A stretch of DNA of 64,000 nt from Candidatus Poribacteria bacterium (GCA_965222225.1 CBDCTK010000002.1:1536001-1600000); one strand, 5' to 3'; shown: positions 48,601 through 59,753, counted from the stretch's first letter. Made by a program: numbers and translations. The notes: generated from the sequence alone by a model not told the origin.

Positions 48601-48878
48601 AGGTTGGAGAGTGTTAGAAACCCCCGGCGACTTTTTCCGATACATCGGGTTGGGTGAAACACAAGTTCTAGTCTATAAGGAAGACTTTTTCAATGGTCAA
48701 CCAAAAAGACCGGATAGTTAAAATCTCACCGGCTTTTCTGGAACGCTTGATTGACACCGTCTGTTATACTGCTTAAATGTACAAAGTCGAGACAATCGTT
48801 AGTTCACTGTCATTGTTCTTTGTTAATCAGTATTGCAATCCCTCTCGCGTTACGCATCATGCAGTATTTCTTTTTCAC

Positions 48879-48908
48879 TTGACAGATAAGCAACCAAGTA
48901 TGTATAAT
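48879..48908 (+). promoter_or_regulatory. Sigma70 promoter of the HU gene
   Basis: TTGACA-18-TATAAT; AAGGAGG RBS. Confidence 0.7.
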
Positions 48909-48970
48909 TGCGCAGAATCGCAGTCATAGTGCGAACCAAAGCATATTGACAAATACTAAAGGAGGATAAG

Positions 48971-49255
48971 ATGGCTGACAAATTGTCGAAGCAAGATGTC
49001 ATTAGCAGTGTTGCTGATGCAACAGGTTTGACTAAGAAAGAAGCAGGCGACGCAGTTGACGCCGTCGTCAACACTATCAAGAATGCCCTCGCTGAAGGAA
49101 ACTCGGTGGGGCTAATTGGGTTTGGCTCTTTTGAGGTAAAGACCAGAGCGGCTCGCACAGGACGTAACCCGCAGACAGGCGCAGAACTTGATATTCCTGA
49201 AAAAAAAGTCCCATCCTTCAAGGCTGGTAAAGAGCTAAAAGACGCTGTCGCGTGA
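48971..49255 (+). CDS. hup: DNA-binding protein HU
   Basis: [21 protein letters not shown]...IP...[14 protein letters not shown]. Confidence 0.97.
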   Translation: MADKLSKQDVISSVADATGLTKKEAGDAVDAVVNTIKNALAEGNSVGLIGFGSFEVKTRAARTGRNPQTGAELDIPEKKVPSFKAGKELKDAVA

Positions 49256-49790
49256 TGTCCGTTTGACAGTTACCGGATTTTGGACGCCTTGATTTGCTTG
49301 CGAGCATTTCCCGCGCGCATGTTAAGGCTTCCAATATCTTGAGTGGCTTGGCTCCAAGGTGTAAACCTCGATCTTCATCAAATTCATCAATGTCCTAAAA
49401 CTATCACGCAAAAGCGGTAATGTAGACGTGATTCAATTATCCCATCATTATACTTCCATTCAATCTTTCATTTCAAGCGAATCCTTCGACGATAGAGGTT
49501 CTCTGTTTCCCAAAAGCGGGTGAAATTCTGGTTCGATAGATCGTAAACGCTGCCACTGTCAGGCGTTTTCTTGATGTGCGGCAAATGATAATTACTTGGA
49601 ATCGGGAAGGTGCGGATGTCTGGAGCGTGAAACAAACCTACATGTCGCCGATTTCTGGTAGCTTTCCGTTGAAACGTCCCGACTGCCGCCGTATTTAGAA
49701 TGCCTCGGCGCGTACAGTGGGTGTGGTTCAGGGTTCGTCGGTTGTCGCTGATACGACAACCGAATCTGACTCCATCACAGGAGGTCATTA

Positions 49791-50843
49791 ATGTTACTTC
49801 GAGCTCGAGCCCCCGTGCGCATTGATTTTGCTGGGGGCTGGACCGATGTTGCCCTATTTACAGAGGAGTCCAAAGGGCTAGTTGTAAACGCTGCAATTAA
49901 TATTTATTCCTTCGCTACGATTGCGTGCAATGACGGTCGGATTGAGAGCGACTTGCCAGGAAAACAACCTGATTCCAAAAGCGGTGTTCGACTATATTCA
50001 GCGGATTTTGATGTCCACGTTGAAACACCAGATGTGAATCAGCTTGAGTATGACGGCAACATTGACCTCGTGAAAGCGGCATTACGCATGATGCTGGGAA
50101 AAGGAGACGGATTCAGCCTTTCTACCCAATCAATTGCACCACCGGAAAGCGGACTCGGGACCTCGGCTGCAATGGGAGTTGCGTTAGTCGGCGTGGTTAG
50201 TGCGTTCAAAGAGTCCCCACTGCTGTCTTACGAATACGCTGAATTAGCAAGTTCAATTGAACGCCACGAATTAGGGATTCTTGGCGGCAAGCAAGATCAC
50301 TACGCTAGTACGGTCGGCGGAATCAATTTCATGGAGTTTATGGGCGAAGAGGTGAAGACTTCTAGCCTGAAAATCGCGCCTGACGTCTGTAATGAGCTAG
50401 AGAAAAATCTCGTCTTATGTTACTCGGGTAAATCTCGTCCATCTGGAAATATCCATCAAAATGTGACCGATGCGTACTTGAACAAAGAAGTGAAAACGCG
50501 GACAGCGCTTAGAAACATGAAAGACATAGCCCGTGTTGCCAAAACCGCGCTCATGGACGGCAAATTGTCAAATTTCGGTCAACTACTAAATGAGAATTGG
50601 GCAAATCAAAAATGTCTTCACCCTTCAGTGACGAATGAGCATATCGACGGCCTCTTCAATACTGCGCTGAGTCACGGCGCCATCGGTGGAAAGGCGTGTG
50701 GTGCCGGTGGGGGCGGATGCCTTGTGTTCTATTGCGAACCGGATCGAGAACATCGTGTCCGTCAAAAGCTCGAAGAGTCGGGCGCGAAAATCATTGACTT
50801 CAACTTTGACTTCGGTGGACTGCAGACGTGGCGAGTCAATTAA
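49791..50843 (+). CDS. GHMP-family sugar kinase (HddA-like)
   Basis: RAPVRIDFAGGWTD, PPESGLGTS, GGKQD, GGKACGAGGGG. Confidence 0.85.
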   Translation: MLLRARAPVRIDFAGGWTDVALFTEESKGLVVNAAINIYSFATIACNDGRIESDLPGKQPDSKSGVRLYSADFDVHVETPDVNQLEYDGNIDLVKAALRMMLGKGDGFSLSTQSIAPPESGLGTSAAMGVALVGVVSAFKESPLLSYEYAELASSIERHELGILGGKQDHYASTVGGINFMEFMGEEVKTSSLKIAPDVCNELEKNLVLCYSGKSRPSGNIHQNVTDAYLNKEVKTRTALRNMKDIARVAKTALMDGKLSNFGQLLNENWANQKCLHPSVTNEHIDGLFNTALSHGAIGGKACGAGGGGCLVFYCEPDREHRVRQKLEESGAKIIDFNFDFGGLQTWRVN

Positions 50844-50901
50844 ATCCGTACCGTCTGATTCTGTTACCCGACTAGTTCCGTTGACATCGGAGTCCTCACA
50901 C

Positions 50902-51924
50902 GTGAAGAAAAACTATCAGATTAATATGGTAGACACAGACCTAAAAGCTGCCGAATTCCTCACCAAGGCACGTACAAAAATCTTGGAGGAATTAAAGAAG
51001 CAGATTGTCGGTCAGCAGAACGTCATTGATGAACTCTTAATCTCCCTGTTTTCTCAAGGACACTGTCTGCTTGTCGGGGTGCCTGGATTAGCAAAAACAC
51101 TACTGATTAACAGCCTCGCCCGGATTCTCGATCTTGAATTTAATCGCGTCCAATTTACACCCGATTTAATGCCCTCTGACATTATCGGCACGGACATTAT
51201 TCAAGAGGATATCGAAACGGGAAGGAGATCGTTTCGGTTCATTAAAGGTCCTGTTTTCTCAAACATATTACTCGCAGATGAGATTAATCGTACTCCGCCA
51301 AAAACGCAGGCCGCGCTGCTGCAGGCTATGCAGGAGTACAAAGTATCGGCAGGTGGAACGACTTACGGTTTGGACCTTCCCTTCTTCGTGTTGGCGACCC
51401 AGAATCCAATCGAACAGGAAGGAACATATCCGCTTCCGGAAGCACAGTTAGATCGCTTTATGTTCAACATTTATATTGACTATCCCGATAAAGAAGATGA
51501 AAAACAGATAGTCATGGCGACAACCTCCGCCTACGATCCCGAATTAGAACACGTGCTGACTGGAGAGGAAGTCTTGCGCTTGCAGAAAATCGTGCGCAAA
51601 GTGCCAATTGCGGAGTCGATTGTAAACTACGCTGTCGAATTAAGCCGGAACTCTCGACCCAACACGCCAGAGGCGCTCAAAGAGATTAAAGACTGGGTGA
51701 ATTGGGGGGCGGGCCCTCGTGCCTCACAGCACCTTGTGTTAGGTGGGAAAGCACGTGCAATCATGCACGGCCGCTATCATGTCTCCTGTGACGACATAAG
51801 AGCTGTCGCGAAACCCGTCCTACGCCACCGGATCTTAACAAATTTTAACGCCGAGGCGGATGGAATCACGAGCCTTGATATTATCAATCGCCTGCTAGAA
51901 ACTACCAAACTACCGGACTCTTAG
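50902..51924 (+). CDS. MoxR-family AAA+ ATPase
   Basis: GVPGLAKT, QFTPDLMPSD, LADEINRTPPKTQ, ATQNPIEQEGTYPLPEAQLDRF; start is GTG 50902 (GGAG RBS) or ATG 50926. Confidence 0.92.
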   Translation: MKKNYQINMVDTDLKAAEFLTKARTKILEELKKQIVGQQNVIDELLISLFSQGHCLLVGVPGLAKTLLINSLARILDLEFNRVQFTPDLMPSDIIGTDIIQEDIETGRRSFRFIKGPVFSNILLADEINRTPPKTQAALLQAMQEYKVSAGGTTYGLDLPFFVLATQNPIEQEGTYPLPEAQLDRFMFNIYIDYPDKEDEKQIVMATTSAYDPELEHVLTGEEVLRLQKIVRKVPIAESIVNYAVELSRNSRPNTPEALKEIKDWVNWGAGPRASQHLVLGGKARAIMHGRYHVSCDDIRAVAKPVLRHRILTNFNAEADGITSLDIINRLLETTKLPDS

Positions 51925-52005
51925 GCGAGCGACGCAGTAGTTTTCAGCCTTTGTGTGGAGCGTTTCTGCACCAACCAATTTTTTTTTCGAATACATGATA
52001 TTCCT

Positions 52006-53367
52006 TTGAAAGTCGCAATTATCGGCACCGGTTACGTTGGGCTAACAACCTGCCTCGCCATGGCTTACCTAAAGCACGAAGTTGTAGGCGTGGACAAAGA
52101 TCCAGACAAGCTCAGTTTGTTACGTCAAGGAATAAGTCCCATCCACGAAACCGGCGTCCAAGCACTTCTCCATCAAACTACTGAGAATATCTGTTTCACC
52201 GATGACTTGAAAAGTGCAGTAACCGATTCCGAAGTCATCATGATCGCTGTCGGTACTCCACCGAAGCAGGATGGTGAAGCCGATATCCGCTATGTGGAGG
52301 AGGCCGCAGAGGAAGTTGCTTGCGGTCTGGAACCGAATCGGGAGTATGTCATCGTTATAAAATCAACTGTTCCAATTGGTACTAATCGCCGTATTGCGCA
52401 CTTGGTACATTCCGCGCTTGAGCAGCGCGATGTCAAAACTAACGTGTATTTTGCGTCTAATCCGGAATTCCTGCAGGAAGGTCTCGCATTGCGTGGCACA
52501 TTCTACCCGGATCGCGTTGTTGTCGGTACGGATCGACCTGAAGCTGTTGATGCCATGCGGCGGCTACATGAACCAATCCTCGAGCGCACTTTTGAACCCC
52601 CCAGCTTCTTGGCAGCCCCGGACGACGAGAACCTGCCGCCCTTAATCGCAACGGACGCCACAAATGCCGAGATGATAAAATATGCGGCCAACACCTTCCT
52701 AGCGCTTAAAATCAGTTTCATCAATGAGATAGCGGGGCTTTGTGAACGAGTTCAAGCTGATGTGACAGAAGTAGCGCGTGGTGTCGGATTGGACTCTCGC
52801 ATCTCTCACCGCTTCCTCCAAGCCGGTGTTGGGTGGGGTGGTAGTTGCTTTCCAAAGGACACTGCCGCACTTCTAAGGGTGGCTTCAGAATACGGTTATT
52901 CGATGCCAATTATTGAGGCCGCACGTAAGGTCAATCAGCGACAGCGTACATTAATCGTTGAGAAACTACAGCACGCCCTCAAAATCCTACGCGGACGAAC
53001 AATTGGAATCTTGGGGCTCGCTTTCAAACCCAACACAGACGATGTTCGCGGGGCTCCTGCATTGGAGATAATTCGACTGCTGAGCGAGCAGGGGGCTTAC
53101 GTCCGTGCTCACGATCCGGTAGCGATTCCGCATGCCCGTGGAGACCTTGAGGACATTGAAATAGAATTTGTGGAGGATGCGTATGCAGTATCCGTCGCCG
53201 CAGATGCGGTGGTGCTCATAACTGATTGGAACGAATACCGCACACTCGACCTCCGCATATTAGCGAAGCCTATGAGTACCCCCATTCTAATTGATGGCCG
53301 CAACATCTATTCGCCAGACGAAGCCCGTGATGCTGGATTGCAGTACATGGGAATTGGTCGAGGATAA
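52006..53367 (+). CDS. ugd: UDP-glucose/GDP-mannose dehydrogenase family protein
   Basis: GTGYVG, AVGTP, KSTVP, SNPEFL.EG, GWGGSCFPKD, GLAFKPNTDD, DGRN; start approximate (TTG). Confidence 0.9.
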   Translation: MKVAIIGTGYVGLTTCLAMAYLKHEVVGVDKDPDKLSLLRQGISPIHETGVQALLHQTTENICFTDDLKSAVTDSEVIMIAVGTPPKQDGEADIRYVEEAAEEVACGLEPNREYVIVIKSTVPIGTNRRIAHLVHSALEQRDVKTNVYFASNPEFLQEGLALRGTFYPDRVVVGTDRPEAVDAMRRLHEPILERTFEPPSFLAAPDDENLPPLIATDATNAEMIKYAANTFLALKISFINEIAGLCERVQADVTEVARGVGLDSRISHRFLQAGVGWGGSCFPKDTAALLRVASEYGYSMPIIEAARKVNQRQRTLIVEKLQHALKILRGRTIGILGLAFKPNTDDVRGAPALEIIRLLSEQGAYVRAHDPVAIPHARGDLEDIEIEFVEDAYAVSVAADAVVLITDWNEYRTLDLRILAKPMSTPILIDGRNIYSPDEARDAGLQYMGIGRG

Positions 53368-53443
53368 CATATCCAGCCCAATCTTGTTTTCATATTTCCA
53401 CGCATTACGCGTGGCTCTTCATTTCTTTTGATTTGTATCGATT

Positions 53444-54025
53444 ATGGAAGATTTCACGCCTACTCTTCAAGAGCCACGTCCATTCGACTCAAATTGTCAA
53501 CGCTACTGTCCAAGAAATCCCTTCCCTTCTTATCGCCATATACCCGGTGTAACTCCACACCCGATTAAAGATCCGGCGGGCCACAGTTACGGCAGTGACG
53601 AATCGACAAGACCTCAAGTCTTATCCCCTGAATCTTGGCGAACCAATGAGGATTATCTCTACGGCGTGGATCTTTATAACTTCGCCTACTGGTGGGAAGC
53701 ACATGAGGCGTGGGAGGGGCTATGGCATCATGCCGAGGACGACTACCGTTTATTCTTACAAGGATTGATTCAAATCTCCGCCGCTCTAATTAAACACCAC
53801 ATGCGGATGCCAAGACCTGTGCGTACGCTTTCCACCGCCGGGTCTGACAAGTTGCGAGAAGTATCCTTAAAGTTTAAACCTCCTACGGAAACCTATGTGG
53901 GCATAAACCTGAATGAGTTCTTGTCTCGCCTTGATGTCTTCTTTGGCCCATTCCACTTCGATTTTGTCTCCGAAGAGGCCTATACATCTACAACCGTCAA
54001 CCCCCAGATTCAGCTAGTTTTCTAG
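53444..54025 (+). CDS. DUF309-family protein
   Basis: GVDLYN..YWWEAHEAWEGLW....FLQGLIQ..AA. Confidence 0.85.
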   Translation: MEDFTPTLQEPRPFDSNCQRYCPRNPFPSYRHIPGVTPHPIKDPAGHSYGSDESTRPQVLSPESWRTNEDYLYGVDLYNFAYWWEAHEAWEGLWHHAEDDYRLFLQGLIQISAALIKHHMRMPRPVRTLSTAGSDKLREVSLKFKPPTETYVGINLNEFLSRLDVFFGPFHFDFVSEEAYTSTTVNPQIQLVF

Positions 54026-54124
54026 TCTCTATCCCTCTCGTCTTCTTGTCTTTCAATTTTCCTTCCTCTAACCATCGGCCACTCGCTACCGCCTGTTCCA
54101 CGAATCATGTACCATGCTTTTCTC

Positions 54125-54153
54125 TTGACCGTTTCATAATGCTTGGATATAAT
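54125..54153 (+). promoter_or_regulatory. Sigma70 promoter of the sel cluster
   Basis: TTGACC-17-TATAAT. Confidence 0.7.
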
Positions 54154-54192
54154 CCACTCCAAGTTTCCCCAGTTTCGTTCGCGCAATATAGT

Positions 54193-55623
54193 ATGAAAAT
54201 GCACGAGAAAAACCTAACCACCGAGCAACAAGCCGCCCTACGCCGTATCCCGTCCATCGAAAAACTATTGGCTCAAGATGGATTCATGACGTTGCAAGAG
54301 AAGTATTCCCGCAACTTAGTGACAGATATCCTTCGCTCCGTTGTTACCGAATCAAGAAGACGCATCTTCGACGAAGGTACAAGTTTCGATGGCATTGACG
54401 AATCCACGTACCTTCAACTCGTCCGCAGTAAACTTCACGAAATAACTACTTCAACGCTTCGTCCGCTTGTCAACGCCACTGGAACAATTATTCACACAAA
54501 TCTAGGGCGATCGTTGCTGAGTGAATCGGCTAGGGAAAACCTCTGCCAAGTTGTAGTCAACTACATAAACCTCGAATACGATTTGAAGACTGGTGAACGC
54601 GGTCACCGTGACCACATCACTGAACCACTGTTGCAGCGATTGACCGGGTGTGAGGCATCGACCGTCGTCAACAACAATGCCGCGGCGGTGCTTCTGACCC
54701 TGAACACGCTAGCTCAAGGTAAAGAAGTGATTGTGTCGCGTGGTGAGCTGATCGAAATCGGCGGTTCATTCCGAATTCCTGACGTCATGGCAGCGAGCGG
54801 CGCCATCTTGCGGGAGGTGGGCACGACTAATCGAACGCATTTGAGGGACTATGAAGTTGCGATTGACGAAAACACGGCGCTCATCCTAAAGGTGCACCCG
54901 AGCAACTATAAAATCGTCGGTTTCTCCTCAACGCCGGATATAGCAGAGATTACGGAGCTCGGACGTCGGAGGGGAATACCGACCATGGAGGACCTCGGCA
55001 GTGGATCGTTAATTGACCTGACACGCTATGGTCTTCCCCGTGAGCCAGTCGTCCGCGAACGGATTGAAGCAGGAGTTGAAATTGTAACTTTCAGTGGAGA
55101 CAAATTGCTTGGAGGGCCTCAGGGAGGGATAATCGTCGGCAAGGCTAATTTGGTACAGCAAATTCGGGAGAACCCCCTCATGCGGGCGCTGCGCGTTGGA
55201 AAACTGACACTCGCCGCCCTTGAAGCAACTCTGCGGCTCTACCTTAATGAGGACTGCCTTCTTCAGGAGTTACCGATGTTGAGTTGTTATACTCGAACGC
55301 TTGAAGAACTTCAAACTGTTGCAGAAGAGTTGACGGCGAATCTTCGTCGAGTCTTTGGGGAGACCATCCGTGTTACAATCGGAGAGAGTCGAGTTCAAAT
55401 CGGCAGCGGATCCTTGCCCGTAGAGACATTGCCCAGTCTAGCAGTTGTCTTGGAATCGCAACAGATGTCAGCCGAGTATCTCGCAGCACAGTTCCGCGCT
55501 CAGCGGACGCCAGTCATTGGACGTACGCAGGATGGCAAGTTTTGGTTGGATGTGCGAGCGATAGGAAAAAATCAACTCAATTGGGTTATTGAGGCAGCTC
55601 AGAGTATAGCGTGTGCCAAATAG
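54193..55623 (+). CDS. selA: L-seryl-tRNA(Sec) selenium transferase
   Basis: NATG.IIHTNLGR, VNNNAAAV, SRGELIEIGGSFRIP, EVGTTNRT, FSGDKLLGGPQ. Confidence 0.96.
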   Translation: MKMHEKNLTTEQQAALRRIPSIEKLLAQDGFMTLQEKYSRNLVTDILRSVVTESRRRIFDEGTSFDGIDESTYLQLVRSKLHEITTSTLRPLVNATGTIIHTNLGRSLLSESARENLCQVVVNYINLEYDLKTGERGHRDHITEPLLQRLTGCEASTVVNNNAAAVLLTLNTLAQGKEVIVSRGELIEIGGSFRIPDVMAASGAILREVGTTNRTHLRDYEVAIDENTALILKVHPSNYKIVGFSSTPDIAEITELGRRRGIPTMEDLGSGSLIDLTRYGLPREPVVRERIEAGVEIVTFSGDKLLGGPQGGIIVGKANLVQQIRENPLMRALRVGKLTLAALEATLRLYLNEDCLLQELPMLSCYTRTLEELQTVAEELTANLRRVFGETIRVTIGESRVQIGSGSLPVETLPSLAVVLESQQMSAEYLAAQFRAQRTPVIGRTQDGKFWLDVRAIGKNQLNWVIEAAQSIACAK

Positions 55624-55721
55624 AGATTCACGCTATCCGCTCGTTATTGCCTAAGTAAGCGCCGCTGTGGCATAATCGGCTTCCGAATTTTCAATCTTCC
55701 AGGTCTGATAAACGTAGCATT

Positions 55722-57638
55722 ATGCGACACGTCATTATTGGTACAGCCGGGCACGTCGATCACGGAAAATCTGCCCTAATACACACTTTGACTGGCATTG
55801 AAACCGATCGGCTCAAAGAGGAAAAGGAACGTGGGTTGTCGATTGAGTTAGGGTTTGCCTACTTCAATCTGCCCGATGGTTCGCGAGCCGGCATCGTTGA
55901 TGTTCCAGGCCATGAGAAGTTTATCCGAAATATGCTCTCCGGCGCGTACGGAATGGACATCGTGTTGCTTGTTGTTGATTCCAAGGAAGGTGTTCAAGAG
56001 CAAACACTGGAACATCTGGAGATTCTTGACCTCCTCGGGCTCTCAACAGGAATTCTCGTGATGACCAAAGTCGACCTAGTGTCGCCAACTCAGTTGGCAG
56101 AATCATCCGAGATGGCGCAAGAGATGCTAGTCGGCACAGCGCTTGAAGGAATTCCGACTGTCCACGTGTCATCACTCACCGGTCAAGGCTTGGATGCACT
56201 CAAAAACTTGATTGTACAAAAGGTGAATGCCGTTGTTGAACTGGGACAAGGCGATGGGATCCCGCGCCTATATGTGGACCGTGTGTTTACGATGCAAGGA
56301 TTTGGTGCTGTCGTCACTGGTACATTGATTACCGGGGACATTCATCGTGAACAACGCCTTGTTGTCCTTCCCCAAGGGCGAGAGGTGCGTGTGCGCGGGG
56401 TACAGGTGCACAACGAATCGGCAGATCGAGCCCATGCGGGGCAACGCACCGCACTAAACTTGTCCGGTATTTCCGCTGACGACATTGAGCGGGGTGATAT
56501 AATCTGTCCAGTCGGTATCTCGAAGGTGACCGACAACATTGACGTATCGCTCCGTGTCTTATCCTCGTTCCCGCGTTCGCTTGAACACTGGACACGCCTA
56601 CGATTCTATCTTGGCACCACTGAGACGTTTTGTCGCACAATTCTGCTTGTCGATGAAACTGTGAAACGAGGCAAGACGGCGCAAATCCAACTCCGTTTGG
56701 AGAGGCCCATTCTCACCTTCAGAGGCGACCGATTCATCGTGCGTGACTTTTCAGCACAGCATACGGTCGGCGGCGGACAGGTCATTAATCCGTTTGCACC
56801 GCGACACAAGCGGTTTACGGAGGAAACTTTAGAGGTTTTGGATGAGTGGGAGAGTGCGGACGATACTGATGTCATCAGCTTGGTTCTGACGCATAACCGT
56901 GACCTGTGCATACCACAGGATTACCTGCACTACTATCTCTCCGGTTCTCACACTACCTTGGAACAGAATTTAAAGGTGCTTGAATCAGATCAGAAGATTG
57001 TCCGTTGGAGTGGTGGGACGCAGTTGATCTCGGCAGTGAACCGCACAGAAGCAGCTCAGGAAACCCTTCTTGGTGCACTAAGAGACTTTCACGAACAGAA
57101 TCCGCTTGCCCCTGGCCAGAATGTCGCGCAGTTACAACGGCAGATAGGATTGGATGGTACAGCCTTTGAAAGAATTGTAAACCACCTGATTCAAGGAAAA
57201 CAGGTTATCAAGGATGGTAATCTCCTCCGCATGGCGGCGCACCAAATTCAATTCTCGGCGGAGGCGGCGGGAGTAAAAGACCAAATCGAGGAAGCATTGT
57301 TGAAAGCAGGATTGAATACGCCCAATTTAGGAGAGCTAGAAACGCAATTTGGCGGATATCCGCCCCAACTAATCCAGAAGACGTTCTACGCCTTGTTAAA
57401 TCTTAACCGGTTTATCAAAATCGCGGACGGGTACTTCATCCATGCGGATACACTTAAGAAATGCCTCAACTTACTTACCAATTACCTGCGAGAAAATGAA
57501 ATAATCACTGTCGCTGAATTTCGTGAACTTGCAAAGACTTCTCGCAAATTTGCAGTACCTTTTCTCGAATACTGCGATGGTCAAGGCATCACAGTCCGAG
57601 TGGATAATCATCGTCGTTTGCGGAAGTCGGCAAAATGA
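55722..57638 (+). CDS. selB: Selenocysteine-specific elongation factor
   Basis: GTAGHVDHGKS, DRLKEEKERGLSI, DVPGHE, C-terminal winged helix FRE....SRKFAVP.LE..D. Confidence 0.96.
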   Translation: MRHVIIGTAGHVDHGKSALIHTLTGIETDRLKEEKERGLSIELGFAYFNLPDGSRAGIVDVPGHEKFIRNMLSGAYGMDIVLLVVDSKEGVQEQTLEHLEILDLLGLSTGILVMTKVDLVSPTQLAESSEMAQEMLVGTALEGIPTVHVSSLTGQGLDALKNLIVQKVNAVVELGQGDGIPRLYVDRVFTMQGFGAVVTGTLITGDIHREQRLVVLPQGREVRVRGVQVHNESADRAHAGQRTALNLSGISADDIERGDIICPVGISKVTDNIDVSLRVLSSFPRSLEHWTRLRFYLGTTETFCRTILLVDETVKRGKTAQIQLRLERPILTFRGDRFIVRDFSAQHTVGGGQVINPFAPRHKRFTEETLEVLDEWESADDTDVISLVLTHNRDLCIPQDYLHYYLSGSHTTLEQNLKVLESDQKIVRWSGGTQLISAVNRTEAAQETLLGALRDFHEQNPLAPGQNVAQLQRQIGLDGTAFERIVNHLIQGKQVIKDGNLLRMAAHQIQFSAEAAGVKDQIEEALLKAGLNTPNLGELETQFGGYPPQLIQKTFYALLNLNRFIKIADGYFIHADTLKKCLNLLTNYLRENEIITVAEFRELAKTSRKFAVPFLEYCDGQGITVRVDNHRRLRKSAK

Positions 57639-57668
57639 ACACCTGTGATGTCTTGATATGTGTCCGAT

Positions 57669-57762
57669 GGGAGGGGATAGGGTCCGGTGGCTCTACTGGT
57701 CTTCAAAACCAGCTTGTCCATGCAAGTGGATAGGTGGGTTCGACTCCCACCCTCTCCCGCCA
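57669..57762 (+). tRNA. selC: tRNA-Sec (anticodon TCA)
   Basis: 8-bp acceptor stem GGGAGGGG/CCTCTCCC + GCCA; anticodon arm CTGGT-CTTCAAA-ACCAG; long variable arm; GTTCGACTC T-loop; directly after selB. Confidence 0.95.
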
Positions 57763-57809
57763 TGCAGATTTCTCGAGAGCGTTGGTAATAATCGCGTATG
57801 CGACGCCCC

Positions 57810-59753
57810 TTAATGGTCGAGGTTTTCGATTAACACCGGATCCACTGGCTCGGGGAGATCAAAGCAAAAGATGCGTGAGTAGAAGTACAACTCTACGTCA
57901 AGGCAGCGCTTGATATTCTCTGCGCGGCGAAAACCGTGTTGTTCCCCTTCAAACGCAACGTATGCGACAGGTAGGCCCTTCTCCCGTAACGCCGCAATCA
58001 TCATCTCTGCCTGATTTGGCGGGACAATTTTATCCTCAAGGCCTTGAAAGAGGATAACCGGGCAAGACAGCAGATTTGTGAAGTGAATCGGTGAGCGCTC
58101 TAGATAGAGATTGCGGCAGTTCGGGTAAGGACCAACCAATCGATCTAGGTAGCGCGATTCAAACTTGTGGGTATCAGTCACCAACGCTTCAAGATTACTG
58201 ATGCCATAATAACTGGCTCCAGCCTTGAAGATGTCATGGAACGTGAGGGCGCACAGCGTAGTGTAGCCCCCAGCGCTACCCCCGTTTATTGCCACTCGGC
58301 GCACATCAACCTCGTCGCGATCGATAAGGTACCGAACACCGGATACACAATCGTTAACATCGACAATTCCCCACTTGCCGTCAAGTCGCTCCCGATATGC
58401 GCGTCCATAGCCGGTGCTTCCACCGTAATTCACATCAAGCACCGCGAAACCGCGGCTTGTCCAATATTGTACAGTCAAATCAAGTGCGGACGAAGTGGCA
58501 CCAGTCGGACCGCCATGGCTCTGGACAAGGATTGGCGGACGCTCCTCTGGCGGAGCGACATAATCTCCGTTCTGTGACGGGTAGAAGAAGCCGTGCGCCG
58601 TCAATCCGTCTTTGGTCGGAAACTCAATTGCTTCAGGGATGGACAAATAACGAGTGTCAATTTCAAGCGTATTTGAGCGGCGTAACACTTCAATCTCATG
58701 GCTAACGAGATTGAGTTCCACTATTGAACGTGTCATCGTCGGGGAGCCGGCGCCAAATACGACCCGTCCGGTGCCAACCTGCAGACCTGTTCGAGACATA
58801 TCGGTATAGGGGATCTCGATCTGTTCAAGTCGATGCATTTCCGTGCCGAGGCGACCGAGTTCCCAATTCCCCCGCCGATTGTAGATGCAAATAATACTCT
58901 TGGCGGACTCAAATCCGTAAGTGCACAATCCAAATTCCCAGTGTGGTATAGCGAATTCGGCGTCTGTTTCATAGAGAGGCTCAACACGTCCATCACGCCA
59001 TCTGTAGAGGTTCCACCATCCTCCTTGGTCGGAGATGAAATGCAAAGCACCCTCAGGCGACCACCCTGGCTGCAATGTAGACACATCAATCCCGCCACTG
59101 ATGCAACGGCTTTCCGTCAATGTACCGTCTGCATTGAACTGTGCAGTCCACAATTCGGTACCATCCCACGGCATGTTCGGGTGATTCCAACTTATCCACG
59201 CAACCTGAGAACCGTCGGGAGAGAGTCGAGGGGACGAGTAGAAATCAGCGCCCGAGACTAGCACTTTAACATCCTGCCCGTCGTTGAGTCCCACACTCAC
59301 GAGCGTGTTAATTGCTTCGCGGTCGGGTAGGGAATGATCTTCGCGCACGCAGATTAGGTTTTCGCGATGACTATCAATGATGCTATCAGCGTAACGCATT
59401 TCACCTACTGGCGTAATTGGCTGAGGAGCCGTATTGCCTGTTTGCCGGTAGATACGCTGATCCTCAAAGTTTGAGAAATAGATTATGCCGTTTGTTACTG
59501 TGTATGCCCCGCCGCCGTATTCATGCACACGACTGCGGACATTGAACGGGGCAATTGTCATATCGGTGGCGTGTCCATTGGATGTACGACGGACGATAAC
59601 GTAGCGTCCACCCGCCTCCGGCCGCATTTCAACCCAGTACGTGTCATCGCCGTCAATGGCAATCTCCCCAAACCGAATTGCTTCTGACACAATAACGTCG
59701 GAGGTGATTGGCGATTTCCATGAGCCATAGGACGAAACTTCCTGTCCACACAT
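57810..59753 (-). CDS. S9-family (prolyl oligopeptidase / acylaminoacyl) peptidase
   Basis: YGSWKSPI, HGGPT, GGSAGG nucleophile elbow, QGLED..VPP, EGEQHGFR. Confidence 0.92.
   Translation of the reverse strand: MCGQEVSSYGSWKSPITSDVIVSEAIRFGEIAIDGDDTYWVEMRPEAGGRYVIVRRTSNGHATDMTIAPFNVRSRVHEYGGGAYTVTNGIIYFSNFEDQRIYRQTGNTAPQPITPVGEMRYADSIIDSHRENLICVREDHSLPDREAINTLVSVGLNDGQDVKVLVSGADFYSSPRLSPDGSQVAWISWNHPNMPWDGTELWTAQFNADGTLTESRCISGGIDVSTLQPGWSPEGALHFISDQGGWWNLYRWRDGRVEPLYETDAEFAIPHWEFGLCTYGFESAKSIICIYNRRGNWELGRLGTEMHRLEQIEIPYTDMSRTGLQVGTGRVVFGAGSPTMTRSIVELNLVSHEIEVLRRSNTLEIDTRYLSIPEAIEFPTKDGLTAHGFFYPSQNGDYVAPPEERPPILVQSHGGPTGATSSALDLTVQYWTSRGFAVLDVNYGGSTGYGRAYRERLDGKWGIVDVNDCVSGVRYLIDRDEVDVRRVAINGGSAGGYTTLCALTFHDIFKAGASYYGISNLEALVTDTHKFESRYLDRLVGPYPNCRNLYLERSPIHFTNLLSCPVILFQGLEDKIVPPNQAEMMIAALREKGLPVAYVAFEGEQHGFRRAENIKRCLDVELYFYSRIFCFDLPEPVDPVLIENLDH

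Noticed and set aside
49256-49790. ncRNA or small gene between hup and the GHMP kinase
   Set aside because: Only one clear hairpin (TCGGTTGTCG/CGACAACCGA near 49737-49762); no recognisable RNA family or convincing ORF.
57669-57810. Integrative element at tRNA-Sec
   Set aside because: No integrase nearby and no duplicated tRNA 3' end seen in the window.
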